A DNA stretch of 63,597 nucleotides, the filler included, from Octopus bimaculoides (lineage: Eukaryota): the NCBI RefSeq assembly GCF_001194135.2. It is 5 parts of 5 records of this genome, joined end to end, with 100 filler letters (N's around TTAATTAATTAA, not from the genome) between each part and the next. Parts side by side here need not be neighbours in the genome. Positions count along the whole stretch, not along the records: positions 1 to 27,964 come from NC_068981.1; 4 more parts are not named here. The stretch is one strand, 5' to 3'. The translations under genes were made by a program, and so were the position numbers. Positions 1 to 11,600 of this stretch are shown here, piece after piece (within the stretch, counting starts at the first letter, position 1; each line of letters opens with the position of its first letter). A model generated the notes under the pieces. The model was given only the letters and a program-made list of their open reading frames with translations, ran no database searches and was not told the DNA's origin.

Positions 1-561
1 TGTCAGCTCGTCATATGATCGATCATGTGCGATCATATAATTTTTCGTTAATTTCTGTAAATTTTTTTTATTTCTTTGTACTTTGATGAGAGTAGAAATT
101 GAAACAGAGGGGAAAGTGAAAGATGTATATACGTGTATATGAAATTGGGCGTGTGTGTGTGTGTGAGCGTGTGCATATGTGTTTGTGTGTGTGAGAGAGA
201 GAGAGAGACAGAGAGAGAGAGAGAGATAGAGAGAGAGAGAATGTGTGTGGTGTCATATATATAAAATAGTATACATTTAAACACAAGAGGAATTGCCTTC
301 AACAGGCAGCTTTACACGCTAGTAATCAAAATGACCAAAGCCACATTTAAGAGCAATTTTCAAAGGAATGAAAAATGAAAACCTTTTACCTTGTTATTTT
401 ATGAGTCATACCTAGGTTTCATTTTTTTTTTTTTCGCAAATGAAATAATTTGCGAGATGAAATCCTCATCAGTGACCGCGCCATAACACTAATATATAAT
501 TAAGAGATAAATAACACGTGTCTCATTGTTATACATTATAATTTTTCAAATTCACCGCGGT

Positions 562-591
562 AGCGCAGTTTCAGCCGACTGAAACTGCGCT
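562..591. other. Perfect 13-bp hairpin/palindrome (AGCGCAGTTTCAG-CCGA-CTGAAACTGCGCT)
   Basis: Arms 562-574 and 579-591 are exact reverse complements around a 4-nt loop. Confidence 0.9.
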
Positions 592-604
592 TGCGCGCAG
601 AATT

Positions 605-715
605 TGTTTGTGAGTCTGTGTTTCTACCCCACCATCACTTAACAACCGATATTGGTGTGTTTACCTCTTCGTAACTTAACGATTCAGCAAAAGATATCGA
701 GTGAATAAGTTCTAG
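605..715 (+). mobile_element. 3' portion of family A SINE (fragment)
   Basis: tttgtgagtctgtgttt...caaccgatattggtgtgtttac...gtaacttaacgattcagcaaaag matches the post-microsatellite half of the full copies at 35869-36272 and 36964-37410. Confidence 0.7.
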
Positions 716-1984
716 GCTTAAAAAGAATGAGTTGTGCAGTCAAATGACTAAAAAAAATGTAAGAATAAAAAAATATGCAAACATGTAAATATATATATAT
801 ATATATANNNNNNNNNNNNNNNNNNNNNNNNNNNNNNNNNNNNNNNNNNNNNNNNNNNNNNNNNNNNNNNNNNNNNNNNNNNNNNNNNNNNNNNNNNNNN
901 NNNNNNNNNNNNNNNNNNNNNNNNNNNNNNNNNNNNNNNNNNNNNNNNNNNNNNNNNNNNNNNNNNNNNNNNNNNNNNNNNNNNNNNNNNNNNNNNNNNN
1001 NNNNNNNNNNNNNNNNNNNNNNNNNNNNNNNNNNNNNNNNNNNNNNNNNNNNNNNNNNNNNNNNNNNNNNNNNNNNNNNNNNNNNNNNNNNNNNNNNNNN
1101 NNNNNNNNNNNNNNNNNNNNNNNNNNNNNNNNNNNNNNNNNNNNNNNNNNNNNNNNNNNNNNNNNNNNNNNNNNNNNNNNNNNNNNNNNNNNNNNNNNNN
1201 NNNNNNNNNNNNNNNNNNNNNNNNNNNNNNNNNNNNNNNNNNNNNNNNNNNNNNNNNNNNNNNNNNNNNNNNNNNNNNNNNNNNNNNNNNNNNNNNNNNN
1301 NNNNNNNNNNNNNNNNNNNNNNNNNNNNNNNNNNNNNNNNNNNNNNNNNNNNNNNNNNNNNNNNNNNNNNNNNNNNNNNNNNNNNNNNNNNNNNNNNNNN
1401 NNNNNNNNNNNNNNNNNNNNNNNNNNNNNNNNNNNNNNNNNNNNNNNNNNNNNNNNNNNNNNNNNNNNNNNNNNNNNNNNNNNNNNNNNNNNNNNNNNNN
1501 NNNNNNNNNNNNNNNNNNNNNNNNNNNNNNNNNNNNNNNNNNNNNNNNNNNNNNNNNNNNNNNNNNNNNNNNNNNNNNNNNNNNNNNNNNNNNNNNNNNN
1601 NNNNNNNNNNNNNNNNNNNNNNNNNNNNNNNNNNNNNNNNNNNNNNNNNNNNNNNNNNNNNNNNNNNNNNNNNNNNNNNNNNNNNNNNNNNNNNNNNNNN
1701 NNNNNNNNNNNNNNNNNNNNNNNNNNNNNNNNNNNNNNNNNNNNNATATATATTATATACATACACACATATATATATATATATATATATACATGGTGGT
1801 AGTCTCACGTAATCCGCGAGATGTGATTATACACATTCTGAATGACAGGGCCGGCACAGTTTATTTGTATATAGTTTTCAAATACATGTGCTGCAACCCC
1901 TCCCTCCGTCACATAGACATTATTTGACAGGATGCACCTTGTACTATACTTCAGTTCTAAATGTGATCGCAGATAAACGTCAGA

Positions 1985-2095
1985 TGAAGAATTTAGCCCC
2001 TGAACGCAGCACAACGGACATTTCCAGTCCCTGATTTGAAATCAAGATCTCGCGTTTGTGCGCGCAACACCCGGATAACTGGGCCATGTGCTTTC
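1985..2095 (-). mobile_element. tRNA-derived SINE head (third family, degenerate)
   Basis: Reverse complement gcacatggcccagttatccgggtg...gatcttgatttcaaatcagggactgg has A-box/B-box-like spacing; a similar fragment lies at ~60110-60200. Confidence 0.5.
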
Positions 2096-2514
2096 CCGTA
2101 AGTGTGTGTGTATGTGTGTATGTGTGTGTGTGTGCGTGTGTGTGTGCGAGCTCGCATGTGTATGTGCTTACAACAATCAATAACTAGAAACGAATATCTA
2201 TAAACAATTGATTTTCAGCTGATCAAATTTGGAAACCTAATGTTTGAACCGTTGAAATTTATGTTTGCTAGCAAAATTTATGTTAGTAAAATTTTAATAC
2301 TGATGTATACCAAAAGAAAATTAAAGAAGCACCATAAAACATGGAACATTCAAACATTATTTTAATGGTTATTTCTCATAGCAGATACAATATAAGCTAG
2401 TTAACATAGAAGCATAAAATATTAATGATGTCAGCTGAATTCAAATCTGTTTCATCCAGGCATATTTCAATTATGCACATGTGCATACATGATGCATATA
2501 TATGATTATATATA

Positions 2515-2623
2515 GGCGCAGGAGTGGCTGTGTGGTAAGTAGCTTGCTTCCCAACCACATGGTTCTGGGTTCAGTCCCACTGCGTAGCACCTTGGGCAAG
2601 TGTCTTCTACTATAGCCTCGGGC
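2515..2623 (+). mobile_element. Family A tRNA-derived SINE with CORE-like segment, 3'-truncated
   Basis: ggcgcaggagtggctgtgtggtaagtagcttgc (A box), gggttcagtccc (B box), caccttgggcaagt (CORE-like); near-identical to 35869 and 36964; ends abruptly at the LINE fragment. Confidence 0.9.
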
Positions 2624-3590
2624 AGTGAGCTTCTCAAGAAGCACTTTCTTCCTGATGATCCATACAGCCTCAAAACAGCTGGGTTCTCTTACCTCACAGA
2701 AGACCTTGATGGAAAGCACTCCGCATAGAAAAAAGGGACTATGCACAGGTACGTTGCCTGGAAGCTTGAAGGAGAGAGTAGAATTGATACGAAGCGCAGC
2801 CTCTCTTGGACACTAGGTCACTACACCACATCACACTTTCAAGGCTATAAGTTTGCAATCCAGAAACAGGAGATTGCCACAAAGTAGCCGGTGAAAAAGA
2901 GATACAGTGACGCACTTGTAATCCCAAGGTGCAACCGCATGTGTAGGCTATGTCATGTTTCTGTGGAAGACATCACGCATGTGATTAGCAACTGTCGTCA
3001 AAGCACTACCTTCCTCTGCGGCACGATGTTGTCGCTAAAACAATTTACAATGCCACCTGCAAAAATGACTGTCCTGAAATAAACTTAGAACATCCCTTTG
3101 TGAAGGAATACGTTCATAAACATCAACTTAAGGAATACTGGTGGAATATTACCATCAAAACTTGTCAAATATAAACATAACAGGCCAGATATTGTTGTTT
3201 GGGACAGAGTGGCAAAGGTATGAACCGTCATAGAGATCAGCTGCTATGCAAGTATAAATATCTCTTAGAAAATCAAAGAAAAGGAGAATATCTTTGGACA
3301 ACTGCTTCGAAACCTCCAGCTGCTATATCCAGACTATGAATTCATATTCATACCAATAATAATTGGAGCATTAGGTTTTGTTAGTAAGTGTCTAAAGGAG
3401 AATCTGAATTTTCTGGGATTATCAGAAAGAGAAATCGACCGGCTAATTCTTACATTACAAGTGCAATCTGTGAGTGGAACGGTAAATATATGCAAGACTT
3501 TTCTCAAGTTCCAAATGTGAATTTGTTTGTGATAACCACATCCCAAAGATTGAGCCAATGGAAGATTCATAATAATTAAAAAAAGAAGAG
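2624..3590 (+). mobile_element. 5'-truncated, degenerate non-LTR retrotransposon with restriction-like endonuclease (R4/NeSL/HERO-type), 3' end
   Basis: Frameshifted translation gives a CCHC knuckle (CRLC...HVISNC), YLPLRHDVVAKTIYN, HNRPDIVVWD...IEISC (PD-(D/E)XK) and IPIIIGALG; terminal stop at ~3518-3520, short 3' UTR, then (TACA)n. Confidence 0.85.
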
Positions 3591-5277
3591 ACATACATAC
3601 ATATATATGTACATGATACAGCTGTCTTCGCTATTGCGATATGGTTCACCATCTCCCTTGACAATGTTAATAAAGTTATCATCATAGTGAACTTAGTAAT
3701 TTCTGCATTTCTGCAGCTACTGCTGATTTTTCTAACCTATACTACCTGGCACATTTCCTTTTTGTAACTCTTTGGTGAGTTGTATCACCCTCGGTCTATT
3801 TAAGTACATTTCAATATATAAAATTTTATTATGAGACATTCTAGGAATAGAATTGTTTTCGAAGAAAAATACATTACGTTGTAGTTAATCCTAATGAATT
3901 TTACAAAATTTAGTGACACACAGCCCTATCAATTTAAATTCTTTACGTTGAATGGAATAAGTTTATTTCTATTAAACATGAAGCTCCGAGACATAAATAC
4001 ACAACAAACACACATACACATATATGGACACAAATCATTTTTAATACACAAAATATCAAATGTATTTTATATGGTAAAAATGGATATAGTGTAAACATAT
4101 ATATGTATATAATTGAATTTCACATTTTAATGACGAAAGACAGGCACACAATAAATTGCAAAAATATATTTACACATGTTCCTACATATTTTCACTTATC
4201 TCCCATAAATGCAAATACCCGTAGTTGTCATATGAGCGTAATACTTTATCCATTTGTTACCGCACGGTTTCAGTACTATGAAGCACTTAAGTGAATCGTA
4301 AAGTAAAACACACATAGACGACTGCTTAGTGGAGCTTTCATAACTTCAATTGAAAATGCATTGCCGCGAAGCGCCACGCCAACCCTTTGATTTGGAGAGC
4401 TTTTCAAATATATTTTGCATACACGCAAATTGACTCCTACAGCGATAATGATAACAACGGCAATAATAAATTGTTACAATTTTCAGTTAATGATTTGTTT
4501 GCATCAGCTTTATTTTGGTCAGTGTACAAATACAGAAGCCATTTTACCTTATGTTAATGGGATAACACTGTCTCGCAAATTATCTTGATATATGAAAGGC
4601 CATTAAAATACGATTAAGTGTAATACCGGAATACACTTTACAAAAAGCTTAAAGACATTAACATTAAAAGAGAGCTGCAATTAAAAAACAAATCGGGAGT
4701 AAGTATCCAATTACGTTGCCGCAGCCATTCCAATCTATACCAATTAACTGTGAGTGAAAAGAGACGGTAATAAGCTGCCATCTACGCTACGTTAGTGTCA
4801 GTAGGTTTGAACAAATATAAATTATGTTCCTCTATTAATCGCATTGATCGGACAATTACGAATACAAAATGCCTGAATATAAAGTAGATATTTTAGAGTG
4901 TACTTTAAAGAATTGTAGCTCGTTTCTCTAAACCAGTCAGATGAGAGACTTTCCGTATAATGTGAAACAGCAAGGATGGATAATGAGCCACTCTATATCA
5001 AACAGAATTATTAGGTCTTCTATGGATATTTTTACTTTAAGTGTTGCCCTCATTTTGACATATGGGATAACGTTGAAGTGAGAAAAACAGTGGTGCTTCA
5101 TTAATCATAATTTGGCACATACAGTGTCATCTATCCGTTCCCTGAGGGAAGACTTGTATCGAAAAGAAATGAGACTATATAAAAAAATCATGCAACCCCT
5201 GCTTTTATTTTAATGTATCACAGAAACAAAAGTGCACATAATTTTTGACATAACCTCGTACATTATTTCCTGAATAT

Positions 5278-5357
5278 GCGCATGAGTTGCTGTGTGGTAA
5301 GAAGCTTGATTTCTAACCATATGATTCCAGCCTTGAAAACCGAAAGAAGCCCGTCGT
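5278..5357 (+). mobile_element. Family A SINE, internally deleted, running into (TA)n and a gap
   Basis: gagttgctgtgtggtaagaagcttg...gaaagaagcccgtcgtatatat. Confidence 0.75.
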
Positions 5358-5484
5358 ATATATATATATATNNNNNNNNNNNNNNNNNNNNNNNNNNNNN
5401 NNNNNNNNNNNNNNNNNNNNNNNNNNNNNNNNNNNNNNNNNNNNNNNNNNNNNNNNNNNNNNNNNNNNNNNNNNNNNNNNNNNN

Positions 5485-6054
5485 TTCGCAAGCACTGGTA
5501 CCCGTCGCGATACCACATTTTGGCGATAGTATTATGTTTGCAAACAGGAAGTAATTATTGGTCAGAATGAACTTAAGTGATTCTGTTGTGAAGGTTGTGC
5601 TGATGCGATTAGGAAATTCTTCCTGGTGTGTTTCGCAGGAGGTTCCTGCTATAATAGGTCTTAGTTTTAAGTCTTACGGTTCCTTGATGTTGATGTCGAT
5701 GTCAGATGAGAGTTTGCAGGCTTCGGTGATGGATTTGTTTTTATGGATTTTAGGGAGGCCATAGAAGAGGCTGGGCTTGCATTTGAAATTAATGATATAA
5801 TCCTTTTCTTTGTCCGTGTGTCCTTGACCATGTTGGAGTATAAGGGTGGTGAGGTTTTCGAGTGTTTTTGTTGTTTATAGTTAGTGATAATTTCATAGAA
5901 AGAGTTGTCGTTTAGTAAGGAGAGTACTAGGTGTTTGTAAAAATCTGTGTCCATTAGGACTACTGTACTACCTTTGTCAGCTTCTTTGATAGTAAGGCTT
6001 TTGTCCTGTTGTAAGTTTCTTAGGTTTTTACATTCTTTGTTATTAAAGTTGGAT
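5485..6054 (-). mobile_element. Penelope-like element, N-terminal RT segment (inverted, internally deleted)
   Basis: Minus strand encodes ADKGSTVVLMD, GLPKIHK, LRPIIAG, then jumps to LKFILTNNYF..CGIATGT, motifs typical of Penelope RT. Confidence 0.85.
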
Positions 6055-7121
6055 TCGCATCAGCACAACCTTCATCACAGAATCACTTAAGTTTATTCTG
6101 ACCAATAATTACTTCCTGTTTGCAAACACATACTATCGCCAAAAATGTGGTATCGCGATGGGTACCAAAGCTGCATCAGTCCTTGCAAACATCATAATGG
6201 TTTGTTTTTTAACTATCACTATATGAGATCTCACGCCAGAAATCTGGACATTTTTTCCATATCTACTTAATGGAAAACTGGAAAAGATACTTGGATGATT
6301 GTTTCATCATATGAAAAGAATCCTATGAAAAATTTCTAGAATTCAAAACCATACTTAACAACATACATTCCAGCATTCAATTTACTATGGAATTCAGCAA
6401 ACATCATCTCCTTTTTCTTGATCTCTTAATTATAAAAAACACCTAATAACCAAATAACAACCGACATCTACCACACACCTACAGATTCACAACAATACTC
6501 AGCAATATTCAGCTCATGCCACCCAAAACACACCAATATAATATCCCCTTCAACTTAGCTAAAAGAATTTGCACCATTGTCTCTGACCCAACCACTCGAG
6601 AAATACGCTTACAAGACCTGAAAAAAACACTATTACAACGCCAATATCCCTCCACACTCATAGACTTTGGAATAAAACGTGCCAAGGAACTTGACATTAA
6701 CACACTGAAAACTACCCAACACAGTAACACACCCAACCCCAAAATACTTCCATACGTCACCCACAACCCCAAAAACATCGAAGCGTACACCACAATCAAA
6801 CAAAAATCCCCTTACTTCCCACAGACCCGAAAATGAATAATATCATCAATACACACAAAGTCCTTAAATGCAAATGGCAACACAAATCTTTGAACAAAAT
6901 CTTAACTAATGCCAAACTACACACACCACTTCCACCCCCATCAGTTAAAAAATGTGCACGCCCTAACTGTGGTACCTTCCCCTACCTACTTGAAGGCTCT
7001 GAATTTACCTTCAAACAAGGAACAAGGTTTAAAATCAAGACCAACTTCTCTTGTTCCTCCGGGAATCTCATTTATGTCCTCACATGCGCAGGATGCCAAC
7101 ACAACTATATCGGACTTTTAA
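6055..7121 (+). mobile_element. Penelope-like element, RT core/thumb plus N-terminal part of GIY-YIG endonuclease (pseudogenised, 3'-truncated)
   Basis: LKFILTNNYFLF, GIAMGTKAASVLANIIM, WKRYLDDCFI, NIPFNLAKRICTIVS, CARPNCGTF and NLIYVLTCAGCQHNYIG, with several stops and frameshifts. Confidence 0.9.
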
Positions 7122-7384
7122 ACACAACACCATTCTTAATTACATGCATCGTAATCTTTCTAACAATTATCTACATGGATTACGATAGAACTTTAAAAAC
7201 TGAAAGACAATATAATGTATTGGCAGATTTATTCTTTTATATATATTTTTTTTTTGTAAAAAAACATTATTTTCATTTTCCCTCTTCTTGGAAATTTGCC
7301 ATGCAATGAAAGCCGGTTAGAAATCCTTTTTAATTCTCCTTATACACATCTATATTAAAATATGCTTTCAGTCTAGCATTATGC

Positions 7385-7386
<2 letters not shown>

Positions 7387-7435
<49 letters not shown>
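7387..7435. repeat. (TAT)n microsatellite abutting a gap
   Basis: Directly visible. Confidence 0.95.
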
Positions 7436-8517
7436 NNNNNNNNNNNNNNNNNNNNNNNNNNNNNNNNNNNNNNNNNNNNNNNNNNNNNNNNNNNNNNNNN
7501 NNNNNNNNNNNNNNNNNNNNNNNNNNNNNNNNNNNNNNNNNNNNNNNNNNNNNNNNNNNNNNNNNNNNNNNNNNNNNNNNNNNNNNNNNNNNNNNNNNNN
7601 NNNNNNNNNNNNNNNNNNNNNNNNNNNNNNNNNNNNNNNNNNNNNNNNNNNNNNNNNNNNNNNNNNNNNNNNNNNNNNNNNNNNNNNNNNNNNNNNNNNN
7701 NNNNNNNNNNNNNNNNNNNNNNNNNNNNNNNNNNNNNNNNNNNNNNNNNNNNNNNNNNNNNNNNNNNNNNNNNNNNNNNNNNNNNNNNNNNNNNNNNNNN
7801 NNNNNNNNNNNNNNNNNNNNNNNNNNNNNNNNNNNNNNNNNNNNNNNNNNNNNNNNNNNNNNATATATATATATATATATATATAAGGCATTCCGACCAT
7901 GTCACCAAAACAATCAGAATACTATGAAGGACTAAAAGCCTCACACATTCAAACTGAACATCACCTATTCGTGACAAAACATTTTTGGAGATATCTCCAA
8001 TTGTAAAGTGGGAAAGATTTTCAGATATCTCTTACTTTCTCTAAATTATATTCCAGTGCAATATCGAAAGGAAAGTAGTTACCAACAATACGTGGCCATT
8101 GAAACCACAGACGTGGTTCTAGCAGAAATTTGAACGTTGTTATTATAAAGGGAATTATGAAAGCAAATGCATGTAAGCAAGGATGAGACCTTAATTTCGG
8201 TCGATTAAATTTCCGTTCTTTGATCGATTCGGATGCATGTTCGTATTGAAAGATAAGAAGTGAAATATCCCATTAATGTATATAATATCTGTGATAAATA
8301 TAACCTTTACGTTTTCATTTAAGCACTCTCCATTTTATCCTTGTAACGCGCTTTCAATTTTCTAAGTAAATATGCTATGTTTCTCAATAATTTCCCTGGG
8401 GAACATGAAATGTTTTTAAAAACCGTTATCATTTTTACCTTTTCTAAATTATTTCAGACTATATATCCTGAAGATTTTGTCGTTTCCCTTATTCGGTGTT
8501 TTGAAACACATACACAT

Positions 8518-8554
<37 letters not shown>

Positions 8555-8829
8555 CGCGTTTAAACACACATGCATATACTCGCACACACATACACATATA
8601 CGTACACTTATATACACTGGCATATATAATCTAGAATTCAGTACACGAGGCATAATACTACAAAACACTTTTACGCGGTAAAATTTACTTGGTGTTATCA
8701 CTCTAAAATTCATTGCCAATTTTTCTTTGTATTTGCATACGTTTTCAAATAAAGTACAACGGCACTCTAAAATCATTCAACCTATAGTGGTAATTGCAAT
8801 TATAACTTAGATTATTTCTTAGGCATAAC

Positions 8830-10835
8830 TGCTATTCCATGGGCACATTTCAAAATAATCTGACCTATAGAAGTTTTAATAACACTTGTGAACAAAATTT
8901 GATCTTTCTGCTGTCCTATGAACTAAACAAAGTGAAATTTAAAGTGCTTTTAACGCATATTTCGAATCCGCTTTTAGAATTTTTCTATCGGGCATGACTT
9001 TTATGTGACAGAGTAGTTAAATTGTACACTAAATATACTACATTAATGCAGAAATAAGGCTGAGAATTATAACGTGTCAACAGAATTAATGGAAAAGTAA
9101 TTCCCACAAACAAAAGTAGGTGAACTTAATAGCAGAATTCAAGTGTGTTTTAAGATGTTTTTTTCTATATCATAGTTTTTCTGTAATAGTAAATTGTTAA
9201 ACAATTATATTTCGGGAATTAAAAATAAGCTGATAGTGGAAGGAAACTTAATTTTAAAAAAGATGGGGCGTATGATTTTCGGCTGTATTTAGCTTTTGGA
9301 ACGTCCCTATTTAGTGAACAACAATAATTAGCCAACACAAAGAGTTACACTTTTCTTGGTACCGAGTTTCCATGTTCAGAATGTCCTGATGAAACCTTTC
9401 ACCCTGCTCGTCACTGTCAGCCCAAGTCAAAGTTCTGGAATTGAATTTTTAGGCTTATATTGTATTCCAAGACTTTATATGATATCGGTAGCTCTTTCAC
9501 AATATCAGAATAGCTCTCTCCTCTGTGATTCCTCCTAAACTCTCTACAAACCTTCTTAAATGACAGCCACGCAACTTTTTCAACATCGTTGAGCTTTTCA
9601 TCAAACTTTTGGTCTCTCATCAGCTCCCTAATCTATGGCCCAACAAAAATATCTTCCTTGATTTTTGCGTCACTTACTCTTGGAAATTTAGTTTTCAAAT
9701 ACGTGGCTCCCTTGCCAGTTCTATCGATACCTTTGACGAAATTCATAATCAACCCTAGCTTAATATGCAAAGGAGGCAGCTAAGGTTTCTCAGAATCAAC
9801 AAGGGGAACATTGATGACATTCTTTTGTCCAAGATCCATAGATCGTTTCGTCCATACATTCTTTTCATAATGATTTTTCTTATTCCGACTGATCTGCTCG
9901 CAGAAATAGCAACAAAACTTGCATTCCAAGTAAAAGGGCCACAACATCCAGGTCACCACAACTATTCCACCTCCGTTTCTTAAACTTATTTATTTTTGCA
10001 ACAGAAGCTTCATATTCTCATATGTTTCCTTAATGTTAGCTGCATGAGCCAGAGGAACAGAAGGAAACTTATTTCCATTGTGGAGCAAACTACTTTATTT
10101 TTGAGGGGTCTATAAACAAATGCCACTCATTCGTGCAATGTTTGTGGTTACGTTTGTCTATAACAGAATATACATCATTACAAAACACCACACCATCCTC
10201 AAGTGAAAACAAAATTTGCAAAATCACAATAAAGAGCACGATAAAAGCTAACTTCAGTCTATTTCTGGAGAAGATTCCACCCCCTTTAACCTGGAACAAA
10301 GAAATTCAGGTTGCGTTTTCGACAAATTTAAATCCATACAAGATCATTGAGGTCTCATTGACTCAACAAATGTGGTTCACTTGAAGAACAGTTAGGCTCA
10401 CAAGTCTATGTCTTCTGTTTCTTTCTCCACATCTTCATCACTTCACTCGTCGTCACAAAACGTCATTTGTTTCGGAGGGTCAGGTACAAAGAAGTGTTGA
10501 CTGTGAATCACTGGCATCATAGCAGATTGTAAATTAGGATATTTTAGAGTATGCATGGATTTTGATGTTATATTTTGTATATTCGTCATGCAGATGTAGC
10601 AATCTGAAGAGCAGCCTAACTGAAATTTAGCCCACGTAATAGGAACTGAGAGGGATATCGTGGCACAGAGAAGCTGTGGGTGATGCAAAGAACTTGACAT
10701 TATTTTTGAATTCTGCATGCAAAAACATATAAGACACAGGTATTCTTTGTCTTGAGACAAATTCTTTGTTGACCAGTGTAATGGGGAATTTTTCTACGTT
10801 ATTAGAGAATGCATCCCAAATATTTGTCGCCATAT
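8830..10835 (-). mobile_element. Decayed DNA transposon, Chapaev3-like (CMC group) transposase pseudogene
   Basis: Minus-strand fragments SSDCYICMT..YPNLQSAMMPVIHS, VVALLLGMQ..CCYFCE, LPPLHIKLGLIMNFVK, KFPRVSDAKIKEDIFVGP*IRELM and SDEQGERFHQDILNMETRYQ. The superfamily label is from recalled motifs; termini were not resolved. Confidence 0.7.
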
Positions 10836-11304
10836 TCTAAATTTATTAGATTAACGTGGGTTCAAAAACTGAAGAATATTTGAAATTTACAACCAGTGGT
10901 AATGCGGAGGTCACATGGAAGGAGATTAAGTTGTCAAAGGTTACGCAGCTACATCATACACTTTTACATTACATAGGATTCTGTCCATGTCACACACATG
11001 CACTATTCTCCTATAAATGCAGGGCCTGGAATTTGGTGGGAGGGGTTTACCCATTTTTGATCGACCCACGTGCAGAAGAGGTACTTACTCATTTGACCCC
11101 AAATGAATGAAACGAAAAGGTAACATCACCAGCATTTGAAGGCAGAACGTCGGCATGCTAACGATGCTGCCAGCTCATCACCTTACACACATATTTATTA
11201 GAGTGAGTGTTTACGTATTTATATGCGCCTGCCTCTATATATGAGATGTTGAGCACATGCCACAGAGCCCGCTCGCGCGCCTACACACATTCAATAATTG
11301 TTTC

Positions 11305-11600
11305 AAATTTTAGCACAAAGCTAACAATTTTGGATCGGGGGTAAGTCGATTACATCGACCCCAGCACTTAACTGTTACTTATTGTATTGACCCTGAAAGG
11401 ATGAAAGGCAAAGTCGACCTCGGTAGATTTTGAAGTCATAGCGTAAAAACGCACGATCTCCAGTGATCAACTGGTATCCATTTTATCGACTCTGAAAGGA
11501 TGAAATTACCTCACCGAAATTTGAACTCAGAACGTAAAGACGGACCAAATGTCGCTAAGCATTTTGCCCGGCATGCTAACGACTCTGCCACACACCTTTA
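11305..11600 (-). mobile_element. Two nested/tandem family B SINE copies
   Basis: Repeated ttatcgacccYgaaaggatgaaa...gtcgacctc...gaactcagaacgtaaagacgga...gcattttgcccggcatgctaacgactctgcc blocks. Confidence 0.85.

Noticed and set aside
684-1812. Long ORFs (340-450 aa) in the track here and at 7330-7977, 46818-47937, 53269-54363, 56533-59326 and 62234-62765
   Set aside because: They run through N-gaps (X residues) and microsatellites and are not real coding sequence.
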